From positions 95,418,001 through 95,482,000 of the forward strand of contig NC_091996.1 of assembly GCF_044704955.1 (NCBI RefSeq): a DNA stretch of 64,000 nt. Reading direction: 5' to 3'. The stretch's first letter is position 1; the number at the start of each line of letters is the position of its first letter. Below, piece after piece: positions 50,901 through 63,334 of the stretch. The notes under the pieces were generated by a model. The model was given only the letters and a program-made list of their open reading frames with translations. It was not told the DNA's origin and made no database searches. A program made the position numbers and the translations under genes. The stretch is from Pristiophorus japonicus. Lineage: Eukaryota.

Positions 50901-53900
50901 CCATCCCTCTTTCCCCCCCATCCCTCTTTCCCCCCATCCCTCTTTCCCCCCATCCCTCTTTCCCCCCCATCCCTCTTTCCCCCCCATCCCTCTTTCCCCC
51001 CCATCCCTCTTTCCCCCCCATCCCTCTTTCCCCCCCATCCCTCTTTCCCCCCCATCCCTCTTTCCCCCCCATCCCTCTTTCCCCCCCATCCCTCTTTCCC
51101 CCCCATCCCTCTTTCCCCCCCATCCCTCTTTCCCCCCCATCCCTCTTTCCCCCCCATCCCTCTTTCCCCCCATCCCTCTTTCCCCCCCATCCCTCTTTCC
51201 CCCCATCCCTCTTTCCCCCCCATCCCTCTTTCCCCCCCTCCCTCTTTCCCCCCCCTCCCTCTTCCCCCCCCCTCCCTCTTCCCCCCCCCCTCCCTCTTTC
51301 CCCCCCCCCTCCCTCTTTTCCCCCCCCCCCTCCCTCTTTCCCCCCCCCCTCCCTCTTTCACCGTGGCTCCCTAACATGCAGAGGCAGGGGAAATTATACT
51401 GAGAATATGGCAGAGTTATTAAACAAATTCTTTGTATCTGTCTTCACGCAGGACACAAAAATCATTCTGGAAATAGTGGGGAATCAAGGGTCGAAATTAG
51501 TTTTAATAAAGAAATAGTATGGTCTACATCCTAGGGTTCTAAAAGAGGCGGCTGGAGAAATAGTGGATGCACTGGTTTGATTTTCCAGAATTCCCTAGAT
51601 TCTAGAATGGTTCCTGCAGGTTGGATGATAGCAAATCTAACCCCGCTATTCAAGAAAGGAGGGAGAGAGAAAACAGGGAACTACGGGCCAGTTAGCCTGA
51701 CACCAGTAGTCGGGAAAAATGCTAGAATCTTTTATTGGGGACATAATAACAGGGCACTTAGAAAATCATTTATGAAAGGGAAATCATGTTTGACAAACCT
51801 GTTGAGCTTTTTGAGGGTGTAACTAGCAGGGTAGATAAGGGCGATCCAGTAGATTTAGTGTATTTGGATTTTCAAAAAGCATTCAATGAGATGCTATATC
51901 AGAGGTTATTGCAAAAAATTAGGGCCCATGGGGTCAGTGGTAATATATTAGCTTGGATAGAGGATTGGTTAATGGACAGAGAACAGAGCAGGAATAAACA
52001 GATCATTTTCAAGTTGGTAGGCTGTAACTAGTGGGGTACTGAAAGGATAATGCTTGGACCTCAGCTATTTGCAATCTGTATCGAGGAGGGGACCGAGTGT
52101 CATGTATCCAAGTTTGCTGGTGATGCAAAGCTAGGTGGGTGTGTAAGTTGTGAGGTGGAGGCAAAACGTCTGCAAAGGAATGGAGGCAGGTTAAGTATTT
52201 GGGCAATCGGGCGACAGGTCGAGTATAATGTGGAGAAATGTGAAGTTATCCACTTTGGTAAGAAAATAGAAAAGCAGAGTATTTTTTAAATGGTGAGAGA
52301 TTGGGAAGTGTTGGTGTTCAGAGGGACCTGTACACGAATCGCTGAACGTTAGCATGAAGGCACAGCAAGCAATTGGGAAAGCAAATGGTATGTTGGCCTT
52401 TATTACAGGAGGATTTGAGTATAAGAGTAAAGACGTCTTACTGCAATTATACAGGGCCCTGATGAGACCACACCTGGAGTATTGTGCACAGTTTGGGTCT
52501 CCTTACCTAAGGAAGGATATACTTGCCATAGAGGGAGTGCAGCGAAGGTTCACCAGACTGATTCCTGGGATGGGGGGATTGTCCTATAAGGAGAGATTGA
52601 GCAGACTAGGCCGATATTCTCTAGAGTTTAGAAGAATGAGAGGTGATCTCATTGAAACATACAAAATTCTTACAGGGCTTGACAGGGTAGATGCAGGGAG
52701 GATGTTTCCCCTGGGCTGGGGAGTCTAGAACCAGGGGTCACAGTCTCAGGATAAGGGGTCGGCCATTTAGGACTGAGATGAGGAGAAACTTCTTCACTCA
52801 GAGGGTGGTGAATCTCTGGAATTCTCTGCCCCAGAGGGCTGTGGAGGCTCAGTCGTTGAGTATATTCAAGGCAGAGATCGATAGATTTTTGGATATTAAG
52901 GGAATCGAGGGATCGGGCGGGAAAGTGGAGTTGAGGTCGAAGATCAACCGTGATCTTATTGAATGGCGGAGCAGGCTCGAGGGGCCGAATGGCCGACTCC
53001 TGCTCCTTTTCCTTATGTTCTTAGAATCTAACCCTTGTAGCCAGCGGTACAGCTCCTGCCTGTCCCAGTATAGATGCCAGTGTCCAATGAAATGCAACCC
53101 CTCTTTCCCACGCCAATCCTTCAGCCGCATATTCTCTTCCACGATCTGTGCCAATTTGCACGTGGCTCGGGTAATCCTGAGATTGCCACCGTCAAGGTCC
53201 TGCCCTATTTCTGCCCTCTGCCCAGGCTGCTGGACTGATTGAAACTTGGGAAAGAATTAACAATTGTATTTAATTTCTCTCGCAACAGAACCTGAGCGTG
53301 AGTGAGGGACCAAACTACTTGACGTCTTGCGCCCATCCCTCCAAACTACCCCAGCGCCATTTCTGTGCAGTGTGTGGCTTTCCATCCAACTACACCTGTG
53401 CGTCGTGTGGGGCCCGCTATTGCTGCATCAAGTGCCTGGGGACACACCAGGAAACCAGGTACGTTTTACGTCTGGCTCGCTTGCACCCGTGGCCACAGCC
53501 CGAAAAACCTCGGTCTGTGTCAGTGCGGGGTTAGATACAGAGTAAAGCTCCCTCTACACTGTCCCAGCAAACACTCCCATGGCAGGTACAGCACAGGTTA
53601 GATATAGAGTAAAGCTCCCTCTACACTGTCCCCATCAAACACTCCCAGGGCAGGTACAGCACGGGCTTAGATACAGAGTAAAGCTCCCTCTACACTGTCC
53701 CAGCAAACACTCCCAGGGCAGGTACAGCACAGGTTAGATATAGAGTAAAGCTCCCTCTACACTGTCCCCATCAAACACTCCCAGGGCAGGTGCAGCACGG
53801 GGTTAGATACAGAGTAAAGCTCCCTCTACACTGTCCCATCAAACACTCCCAGGGCAGGTACAGGGGGTTAGATACAGAGTAAAGCTCCCTCTGCACTGTC

Positions 53901-54466
53901 CCATCAAACACTCCCAGGGCAGGTACAGGGGGTTAGATACAGAGTAAAGCTCCCTCTACACTGTCCCATCAAACGCTCCCAGGGCAGGTACAGGGGGTTA
54001 GATACAGAGTAAAGCTCCCTCTACACTGTTCCATCAAACACTCCCAGGGCAGGTACAGGGGGTTAGATACAGAGCAGAGTTATTCCATTTCCCTCACTGA
54101 CCATCCTTTGTCTCTGTGAAATGGCTGAGTTTCAGGCAGGTTAATGATGTGGCCCCATTCCGTCAGGTGGACATGGAATGGGGCCTCCCCGGCCCTTGCA
54201 TTTACACAATGCGAGGTTGGCTTTGATTGAGTTGCCGAAATTGGTCAGTCAGTGACTAACTCCTGTTCCAGCCGGCCCTCGAAGTTTGGAGTGCTGGGTG
54301 TATCGGGACATGGCTGGCAGGGCAGCCTCTGGCCCAGGGACAGTTCATGGGCCCGCTGTCGCTCAGACGGAAACCAGCAAACCTCGAGCTGGTTTGTCTG
54401 GCTCCGATACTCCGGAGTCGATGTAATGATCTTCTCCCCTATAGGTGCCTGAAATGGACGGTGTGA
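47259..54466 (+). CDS. ZNHIT1: Zinc finger HIT domain-containing protein 1 (SRCAP subunit), 5 exons: 47259-47286, 47557-47724, 48470-48549, 53289-53458, 54445-54466; 155 aa
   Basis: MVEKK...[31 protein letters not shown]...[37 protein letters not shown]...[37 protein letters not shown]; all introns GT-AG, phases consistent (468 nt). Confidence 0.97.
47730..48240. repeat. GA-rich simple repeat in ZNHIT1 intron 2
   Basis: (GA)n / GAGTGAAT repeats. Confidence 0.85.
48667..49423 (-). mobile_element. RTE LINE 3' fragment in ZNHIT1 intron 3
   Basis: [24 protein letters not shown]; same family as 28443. Confidence 0.88.
49424..51358. repeat. Polypyrimidine minisatellite (CCCATCCCTCTT(T/C)...) spanning an assembly gap (49605-49804)
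   Basis: ~16-22-bp C/T-rich units; N run inside. Confidence 0.9.
51400..53025 (+). mobile_element. CR1 ORF2 3' half, degraded
   Basis: [46 protein letters not shown]1 tail. Confidence 0.9.
53520..54075. repeat. ~64-68-bp minisatellite (same family as 23185-24668)
   Basis: About 8 units of GGTTAGATACAGAGTAAAGCTCCCTCTACACTGTCCC... Confidence 0.9.
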
Positions 54467-54674
54467 AGTGGGGAGTCGTGGAGCATTTGTGCAGCCGACG
54501 GCCAACAGACAGCGACTGCGCCCTCCCTGAATTATCGAAACCCACTTTCCTCGCTGACTTTCTGGGCTGGTTTAAACAACAGCAGTCAAGGGGCCCAGAC
54601 AATACCAGCTGGGGTGTTATTTGCGGCTGTACGGAGGTTCCTGTGGGCTGCACTCGGACAATTGTCACATTTTA

Positions 54675-54680
54675 AATAAA
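54675..54680 (+). terminator. Probable ZNHIT1 polyadenylation signal
   Basis: AATAAA ~210 nt after the stop codon, followed by GT/T-rich sequence. Confidence 0.65.
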
Positions 54681-54764
54681 AATGTGGGTTTTGATTAAGA
54701 AACCTCGTGTAATGTATCAACAACCCTGCTGGCTTCACGTTACACCATCAGTACCAACATAAAC

Positions 54765-55568
54765 AGACAGGCGGGGCCTTGGTTCAGCATCTCATCCAAG
54801 GGCAGTGCGGCAACTCTCCCTCGGCACTGCGTTGGAGGGTCTGCTGAGGTCATGAGCTTCAGTCCCAGACTGGGGCTCGAACCCTGACCTCGTGACCCGA
54901 ACAGGGGCTCGAACTCGTGATCTCGCGTCCCGAACAGGGGCTCCAGCCCTGACCTCGCGACCCGAACAGGGGCTCCAGCCCTGACCTCGCGACCCGAACA
55001 GGGGCTCGAACCCGTGACCTCGCGACCCGAACAGGGGCTCGAACCCGTGACCTCGCGACCCGAACGGGCTCGAACCCGTGACCTCGCGACCCGAACAGGG
55101 GTTCGAACCCGTGACCTCGCGACCCGAACAGGGGCTCGAACCCGTGACCTCGCGACCCGAACAGGGGCTCGAACCCGTGACCTCGCGACCCGAACAGGGA
55201 CTCGAACCCGTGACCCCGCGACCCGAACAGGGGCTCGAACCCGTGACCCCGCGACCCGAACAGGGGCTCGAACCCGTGACCTCGCGACCCGAACAGGGGC
55301 TCGAACCCGTGACCCGAACAGGGGCTCGAACCCGTGACCTCGCGACCCGAACAGGGGCTCGAACCCGTGACCTCGCGACCCGAACAGGGGCTCGAACCCG
55401 TGACCTCGCGACCCGAACAGGGGTTCGAACCCGTGACCTCGCGACCCGAACAGGGGCTCGAACCCGTGACCCCGCGACCCGAACATGGGCTCTAACCCGT
55501 GACCCCGCGACTCGAACAGGGGCTCGAACCCGTGACCTCGCGACCCGAACAGGGGCTCGAACCCGTGA
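54765..55568 (-). repeat. SINE fragment whose tRNA-derived B-box region is amplified as a 33-bp CpG-rich array (~54870-55568)
   Basis: Unit GAACCCGTGACCTCGCGACCCGAACAGGGGCTC; minus strand contains GGTTCGAGCCC (B-box consensus GGTTCGANNCC) in most units; contiguous with a diverged SINE body at 54765-54870. Confidence 0.78.
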
Positions 55569-56214
55569 ACCGGAAACGCGCACACACTCAGACAGTCATG
55601 GTGACAAGCGATGGTACAGCCTCCAATGGGAGAGGCTGGGATATCTGTGTTACCAGTTGCTGCAGTGCTGGTTTGCAGTTGTACGCAAGCTATAAAGGAA
55701 CAATGGCCTTTATCTACTGTTGTGGCAGAGGGATCTCTCATCATGCTGTTGCACTTCAGCCTCGAGTGCTGCACCAGACCCAGTACTGTACAGTTGGGTG
55801 CGATCGGTTGTGTTGAGGTGTGTATTCACACTTGGTGACGTGTGTAAAAGGTTCCTGTTTGCACACTCTGATAAACACTTTGCGTGCTCTTGGGTTGTTT
55901 TGTATATTTTATTTATCACGTTCGAGTGCCCTAGTGTCAGTGGCTCATTCATCAGCTCCGTCAAATGCTACCGAACTAGATGGGGCAGTGGGTATTGGTG
56001 GAGGCAGTTCAGATATTACCAACCATGTTCAGACAGAGCGTGACAGTGGACGGAACAGTGGCTGATGAAACGAATTGCAGACATGGGAAGGAAAGATAAG
56101 TCACACGCATGCCTTGAATGGTGCTAAATAGGTAAAATAGAAAGGGCGTGCACTTCTATAGTGCTTTTCACCACCTCGGGGCGTCCCCAAGCGGTTTACA
56201 GCCAATGAAGGCCA

Positions 56215-57690
56215 AAGGGATCAAGGGGTATGGAGAGAAAGCAGGAAAGGGGTTCTGAGGTTGATTGATCAGCCATGATCACATTGAATAGCGCGGTGAA
56301 TGGCCTGCTCCTGCACCTACTTTCTATGTTTCTATGTTTTGAAGTGTAGTCACTGATCTAGGAAACGCGGTAGCTAATTTAGAACGTAAGAAATAGGAGC
56401 AGGAGTCGGCCATTCGGCCCCTCGAGACTGCTCTGCCATTCAATACGATCATGGCTGATCTGATCATGGACTCAGCTCCACTTCCCTGCCCGCTCCCCAT
56501 AACCCTTCACTCCCTTATCGTTCAAAAATCTGTCTATCTCCGCCTTGAATATATTCAATGACCCAGCCTCCACAGCTCTCTGGGGCAGAGAATTCCACAG
56601 ATTTACAACCCTCAGAAGAAATTCCTCCTCATTTCCGTTTTAAATGGGCGACCCCCTTATTCTGCAACTATGCCCCCTAGTTCTAGATTTTCGCCATGAG
56701 AGGAAACATCCTCTCTGCATCTACCGTCAAGCCCCCTCATAATCTTATATGTTTCAATAAGATCACCTCTAAGTCTTCTAAACTCCAATGAATACAGGTT
56801 CAACCTTTCTTCATATGTCCACGCCTTCATCTGAGGAATCAATCTCATGAACCTTCTCTCAGCTGCCGCCAGTGCAAGTATATCCTTCCTTAAATCTTGA
56901 GGAATATAGAAAGTTGAGGCAAAATTAAAAAGGATATTAAAAATGCTGAGCGAGCATAAGAAATTCTTGGCCAGTAAAATTAAGGAAAACCCTAAGATGT
57001 TCTAATATATTAAGAGTAAGAGGGTAACTAAAGAAAGGGTAGGGCCTGTTAGAGACCTTGAGGGTAATTTTTGTGACGAGGCGGAATACTTTGCATCTGT
57101 TTTCACAAAAGAAAGGGACAATGCAAATACTGCTATCAAGGAGGAGTGTGAAATTCAGGATGAAATAAATATAGTGAGAGAGGAAGTATTAAGGGTTTTA
57201 GCAGCTTTGAAAGTAGCTAAGTCCCCAGTCCCGGAGAAAATGCATCCCAGGCTGTTGAGCGAAGGAAAAGAGGAAATAGCAGAGGCCTTGACCATCATTT
57301 TCCAGTCCACTTTGGATTCAGGCGTGGTGCCGGAGGATTGGAGGACTGCTAATGTAGTACCCTTGTTTAAGAAGGGAGAAAGGGATAGGCCGAGTAATTA
57401 CAGGCCTGTCAGCTTAACGTCAGTGGTGGGAAAATTATTGGAAAAAGTCCTGAAGGACATGATAAATCTACATTTGGAAAGGCAAGGATTAATTAGGGAC
57501 AGTCAGCACGGATTTGTTAAGGGAAGATCGTGTTTGACTAACCTGATTGAATTTTTTGAGGAGGTAACCAAGAAGGTCGATGAGGGTAGTGCGTATGATG
57601 TAGTATATATGGACTTTAGCAAAGCTTTTGATAAGGTCCCACATGGTAGACTGGTCACGAAGGTTAAAGCCCATGGGATCCAGGGCAAAG
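56215..57690. mobile_element. CR1 fragments: 56215-56340 (+ tail), 56380-56895 (-), 56900-57690 (+)
   Basis: RT motifs PLFKKG..NYRPVSLTS..QHGF..YMDFSKAFDKVPH; CR1 tails. Confidence 0.85.
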
Positions 57691-59094
57691 TGCCGACAGT
57701 GCGGCCTCCCTCAGTACTGCCCCTCCGACAGCGCTAGCGCTCCCTCAGTACTGCCCCTCTGACAGTGCAGCACTCCCTCAGTACTACACTTGAATGTCCA
57801 CCTTGATTATATGCTCAAATCTCTTGAGTGGGGCTTGAACCCACAATCTTCTGACTCAGAGCTGAAAGTGCTACCCACTGAGTCAATTGTAAGATGAGGT
57901 TTCCCGATTCACAGCCAGATGGATCACAAACTGAGATAAGTTCTGCTCACAGCCTGCAGAGATCAAAATGTCAAGTCTGTTGAAGAAATACCCATCAGTT
58001 TATTAATATAGATATAATAAATTTATTGAAAAGTGCACAGATTATTGCATCATGACAATGTACATTCACTTTACATGCGTAATATACAACGCCTCTTGAC
58101 TCAGTACTTTAATGCAGAGGAGGCAATGTCTGATGTGGGTATCGGTGGGATTTCAATAGCAGGAATCCTGCATTCCAATGAAATGTAAAGAAATTGGACA
58201 TGGAGGTTCAGACACGCCACGGTTTCTTCGATAGCTCCCTCCCAAAGCCACAACCTCCACCACCAAGAAGGACAACAGTAGCAGGCGCATGGGAACACCC
58301 CCACCTCCACGCTCGCCTCCAAGTTACACACCATCCTGACTTGGAAATATATCGGCCGTTCCTTCATCGTCACTGGGTTAAAATCCTGGAACCTAGCAGC
58401 ACTGTGGGTGCACCTTCACCACATGGACTGCAGCGGTTCAAGAAGGTCCGCTACCACCTTCTCAAGGGGCAACTAGGGATGGGCAATAAATGCCGGCCTT
58501 GCCAAGCAACTCTCGTATTCCCAAGAATACATTTTAAGATTGAGCAAGGAGCAAACATGGGACTGCCTTTAATTTACAATGACTATAGTTTCTGGATTTT
58601 ATTCTAGTTGCTGTCCGATTCCCTGTGGCATTGCTCACAGTAAATGTGACAGGATGGTGGTATACCATGTGTACTGCAGGAGTGTCGTGCCATGTGTACT
58701 GCACAGGGTATTATTTTGCTTCCAAGATGGAGTCTAATGAGGCTTCCCCCTCCCCCCCCTTTAAGGCCACAATGCCTCATTGCAGTTAAGTAAACACAGC
58801 CCGAGGACAACTAGAGGCTAATTGCTGTCACTGAGGGAAATTTCTGTGGACTGGCGGCGGCCTGTAAATCCTCAGCTCCTCCCCTTGGGGAGAAGTGTGG
58901 TTATCAAGGGCAGATGATAAGTGGGTTCCTTTATCTTAATGTGAAAATGACTTCATTACTCAGTTCTCGATCAGTTCAGTTGCTGTTTTATGAATATATT
59001 GGAGCCGATTAGATTCAATTATGACAGTTTCAAATGTGACAGGCATACACTAGGACTTAAGACCATTGTGTCCGTATCTATTTATGTCTAAGAA

Positions 59095-60420
59095 AGAAAT
59101 ATCTTGCATTGACACAGCACTTTTCACATGGCCAGGACGCCCCAAAGTGCTTCACAGCCGATGAAGAACTATTGATGTGAACTCACTGTTGCTCCCACAA
59201 ACTGCAATTAGAGAATGATGGTAGTAGTCGAGAGATAAATATTCCTCGTCAAAACAGCGGACACGGGATCTTTCACGTCCACCCGAGAGGGCAGACAGGG
59301 TCTCGGATTAATGCCTCATCTGAAAGTGCACCCGACAGTGCAGCACTCCCTCAGTACTGCCCCCCGACAGTGCAGCACTCCCTCAGTACTGCCCCCCGAC
59401 AGTGCAGCGCTCCCTCAGTACTGCCCCTCCGACAGTGCAGCACTCCCTCAGTACTGCCCCTCCGACAGTGCGGCGCTCCCTCAGTACTGCCCCTCCGACA
59501 GTGCAGCACTCCCTCAGTACTGCCCCTCCGACAGTGCGGTGCTCCCTCAGTACTGCCCCTCCGACAGTGCGGCGCTCCCTTAGCACTGCCCCTCCGACAG
59601 TGCGGTGCTCCCTCAGTGCGGTGTGCCCTCAGTACTGCCCCTCCCACAGTGCAACTCTCCCTCAGTACAGCCACTCCGACAGTGCGGCGCTCCCTCAGTA
59701 CTGCCCCTCCCACAGTGCGACTCTCCCTCAGTACGTCCCCTCCGACAGTGCGGCGCTGCATGAGCACCGCCCCTCCGACAGTGTGGCGCTCCCTCAGTAC
59801 AGCCTCTCCGACAGTGCGGCGCTCCCTCAGTACTGCCCCTCCGACAGTGCGGCGCTCCCTCAGTACTGCCCCTCCGACAGTGCGGCGCTCCCTCAGTACT
59901 GCCCCTCCGACAGTGCGGCGCTCCCTCAGTACCGCCCCTCCGACAGTGCGGCGCTGCATGAGCACCGCCCCTCCCACAGTGTGGCGCTCCCTCAGTACAG
60001 CCCCTCCGACAGTGCGGCGCTCCCTCAGTATTGCCCCTCCGACAGTGCGGCGTTCCCTCAGTACTGCCCCTCCGACAGTGCGGTGCTCCCTCAGTACTGC
60101 CCCTCCGACAGTGCGGCGCTTCCTCAGTACTGCCCCTCCGACAGTGCGGTGCTCCCTCAGTACGGCCCCTCCGACAGTGCGGTGTTCCCTCAGTACTGCC
60201 CCTCCCACAGTGCGACTCTCCCTCAGTACAGCCACTCCGACAGTGCGGCGCTCCCTCAGTACTGCCCCTCCCACAGTGCGACTCTCCCTCAGTACTGCCC
60301 CTCCGACAGTGCGGCGCTCCCTCAGCACTGCACTGGAGTATCAGCCTGGATTATGAGCTCAAGTCCCTGGAGTGTGGCTGGAACCTACAACCTTCTGACT
60401 AAGAGGCGAGGGTGATGAGA
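59095..60420 (-). mobile_element. Deu-domain SINE with ~30-unit 33-bp array
   Basis: Tail, body, array 59330-60330, head to ~60420. Confidence 0.82.
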
Positions 60421-61274
60421 CCACACTCAGGCACCTCGACCTCTCGTGTCATTACACACGGGCAGCCAAGAGTAAGTATAGTGTTCAGCATAGTGTAGGG
60501 TTCGGGGATCATTTGACAAGACCACACTGTCCCCATTTTTGAGTTACACATTCCATCCTTGTTTCCACTGCCGACTCCTATGTCCCCATTTATAATGGGA
60601 GCGATCCATTTAACTTGTCACACTGCAATCCCAATGGCGTCGCTATGATAACACCCCCAAAACGTATCAGACACTGCCTCTTCGAATAAGCACACAAAAA
60701 CACTTAAATAAATAACTTTACAATATATATCTCAGAGAAGGAATATCTTTCACAGGGAGTTTGAGGGAACAGTCAGTTTCATTTCTGTGTAATAATGAGT
60801 GGGAAAACCACAGCGATGTCGGTACAGCGTGCCCGTGCACGAGTTACCTTGCACCACTCTAGTGAGTGGGGGTGGCATAAGCGTGTGCAAAGATTTTGAT
60901 ACACGATGCGATGGTGGCCGATGAAATGGCACTAAATGCACAAAGGGTCCTCGCTAATGGTGTTCGTCACAGGAGTAAGACAGTAAGGATCACCGCAACC
61001 TCACCCTCAAGTGTCCCGCCATTACAAATTCTGAACTCTGGATGAACTGAGACTCGATTTGCTTTGGGAAGTGTGTGTTTAAGGAGGTGTTCATCCCAAA
61101 CCCAATGGTGGGTAGAGGCCAGGCAGGAGACGGATGGGGATGGGGTGGGGAGGGTTGTTCCCCGAGTGCTTTAGTGCACCCTCTGTTGGCTGGTTTAAGA
61201 ACAACACTGACGGAGCCTGGGGATGGTTTGGGGGGGGCGCGCGGTGGGGAAAGTGCAGTAACATGGAAAAATAA

Positions 61275-62030
61275 TAAAGACTCGCATTTACGTAACGCCT
61301 TTCACCACCTCAGCACGTTCCAAAGCACTTTACAACCAATGAAGCACTTTCGGAGTGTAGTCACTGTTGTAATGTGGGAAGCGCGGCAGCCAATTTGCGC
61401 ACAGCAAGCTCCCACACACAGCAATGTGATAATGACCCAGATCATCTGCATTTTAATTATGTTGGTTGAGGGATAAATATTGGCCTTGGACACCGGGGAA
61501 AATTCACCCCTGCTCTTCTTCGAAATAGTGGTCGTGGGATCTTTTACGGGGCCTTGGTTTAAGGTCTCATCCGAAAGATGCACCTCTGACAGTGCGGCGT
61601 TCCCTCAGCACTGCCCCTCCGACAGTGCGGCGCTCCCTCAGCACTGCCCCTCCGACAGTGCAGCACTCCCTCAGTACTGCCCCTCCGACAGTGCGGCGCT
61701 CCCTCAGCACTGCCCCTCCGACAGTGCAGCACTCCCTCAGTACTGCCCCTCCGACAGTGCAGCACTCCCTCAGTACTGCCCCTCCGACAGTGCGACGCTC
61801 CCTCAGTACTGCGCCTCCCTCAGTACTGCCCCTCCGACAGTACAGCACTCCCTCAGCACTGCCCCTCCGACAGTGCAGCACTCCCTCAGTACTGCCCCTC
61901 CGACAGTACAGCACTCCCTCAGCACTGCACTGCAGTGCCAGCCTAGATTTTTGTGCTCAAGTCTCTGGAGTGGGACTCGAACCCACGACCTTCTGACTCA
62001 GAAGAGAGAGTGCTACACCCTGAGCTACAG
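61275..62030 (-). mobile_element. Deu-domain SINE with ~10-unit 33-bp array
   Basis: Tail, body, array 61585-61925, head with GGACTCGAACCC (B-box on the minus strand). Confidence 0.85.
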
Positions 62031-62694
62031 CCCAACTTTTGCAGTGATTTTAACTTAAATAGATAATCCAGGAAAAACTGCAAATGCTGGGTATACAGTG
62101 GGAGACTCGCTCTGTCGCTGAGACTCAGAAACCTCACAGTCGGGCCGGAGACACCCCGTTTGCTAAAAACCTACCTCTGTGACCAAGAGTGTGCCCACCT
62201 GCCCTAATATCTCCTTAGCCATCCATTCGCGTTTGATTGCATTACTGCCAAGTGCCTTGAGGCGTTTCTCTACTCTGCCCAAGTTGTTGTGGCCCTCTTT
62301 CTCTAGCTTGCCTTGCCTACAATGCACAACGGGTAGCAGCCCCAGCCTGAAGGCTTCCTGCTCACAGTGACAGGCTGGGCCACCAGCTCAACCCCCGATC
62401 TACCATCTGGATTTGCGCAGGCTGTGGAAGGGCCTTCCATGGGCTGCACAATTGTGCTCCGGTCAATCGGACTCTGGGCTTCCAGGATTGGCGATCCGAG
62501 CTCTAACTCCCTGCAAACCCAGCTCCAGGGGCTTTGCTGATTTTGCCCCGGAATGCAATCTCTGCACCAGTTGTTGCACACAGGTCGAGGCGCGGAAAAG
62601 GCTATGTGAAATTAGTGGCTGTGCAGAGGAGGCAACTGGCCAGCGCTGAGTGAGAGTGGCTCTCTGAAGTTGTTGGCAATTCAAGAGGATTAAG

Positions 62695-63200
62695 TGAGTG
62701 TGTGTCTGTGCACATGTATGTGCGTGTGTCATTCAGGTGTGTGCGTGTGCACAGGTGTGTGCGCATCATTCAGGTGTGTGTGTGCATATGTATGTGTGCA
62801 GGTGTGTGTGCATGTGTGGGTGTATGCATGTGTTCATATGTGCATGTGCACGTGTGTATATACACGTGTGTGTGTTTGCAAGTGTGTACACATGTTCATT
62901 TGTGCACGTGTATGCACACGCATGTGCGTGCACGTGTGTTCATGTGTGGACATGTGCATGTGTCTGTACACACAAGTGTGTGTGCATGTGTGTGTATACA
63001 CGTGTGTGCCTGCACATCTGTGCATGTGTGTGCACACGGGTCTGTACACATGTGTGTGTATACACGTGTGTGCCTGCACGTTTGTGCATGTGTGTGCACG
63101 GGTCTGTACACGTGTGCACATGTGCGCGTGCACACGTGTGTGTGTACACGTGTTTTGGTGTGTCTGCATGTGTTTGTATGTGCACACGTGTGGGTGTGTA
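62695..63200. repeat. Degenerate (TG)n/(CA)n alternating purine-pyrimidine tract
   Basis: GTGTGC/ATGTGT repeats. Confidence 0.9.
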
Positions 63201-63334
63201 AGAGACCGCATGTCAGTGAGGATAACCTCCAGGCCTCCCATCATTGAATACCCTGCTAACACACAGTGAGTGGCAACTTGGGTGAGGAACCAGGAGTCAG
63301 TTGGTGCTCGTGGAATCTGCTCAGGATGTGTTAG

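Noticed and set aside
49240-51402. 720-aa and 664-aa Pro-rich ORFs
   Set aside because: They span an assembly gap and a pyrimidine minisatellite inside ZNHIT1 intron 3
62694-63269. Cys/Val/His-rich ORFs (metallothionein- or zinc-finger-like)
   Set aside because: Translation of a degenerate (TG)n microsatellite
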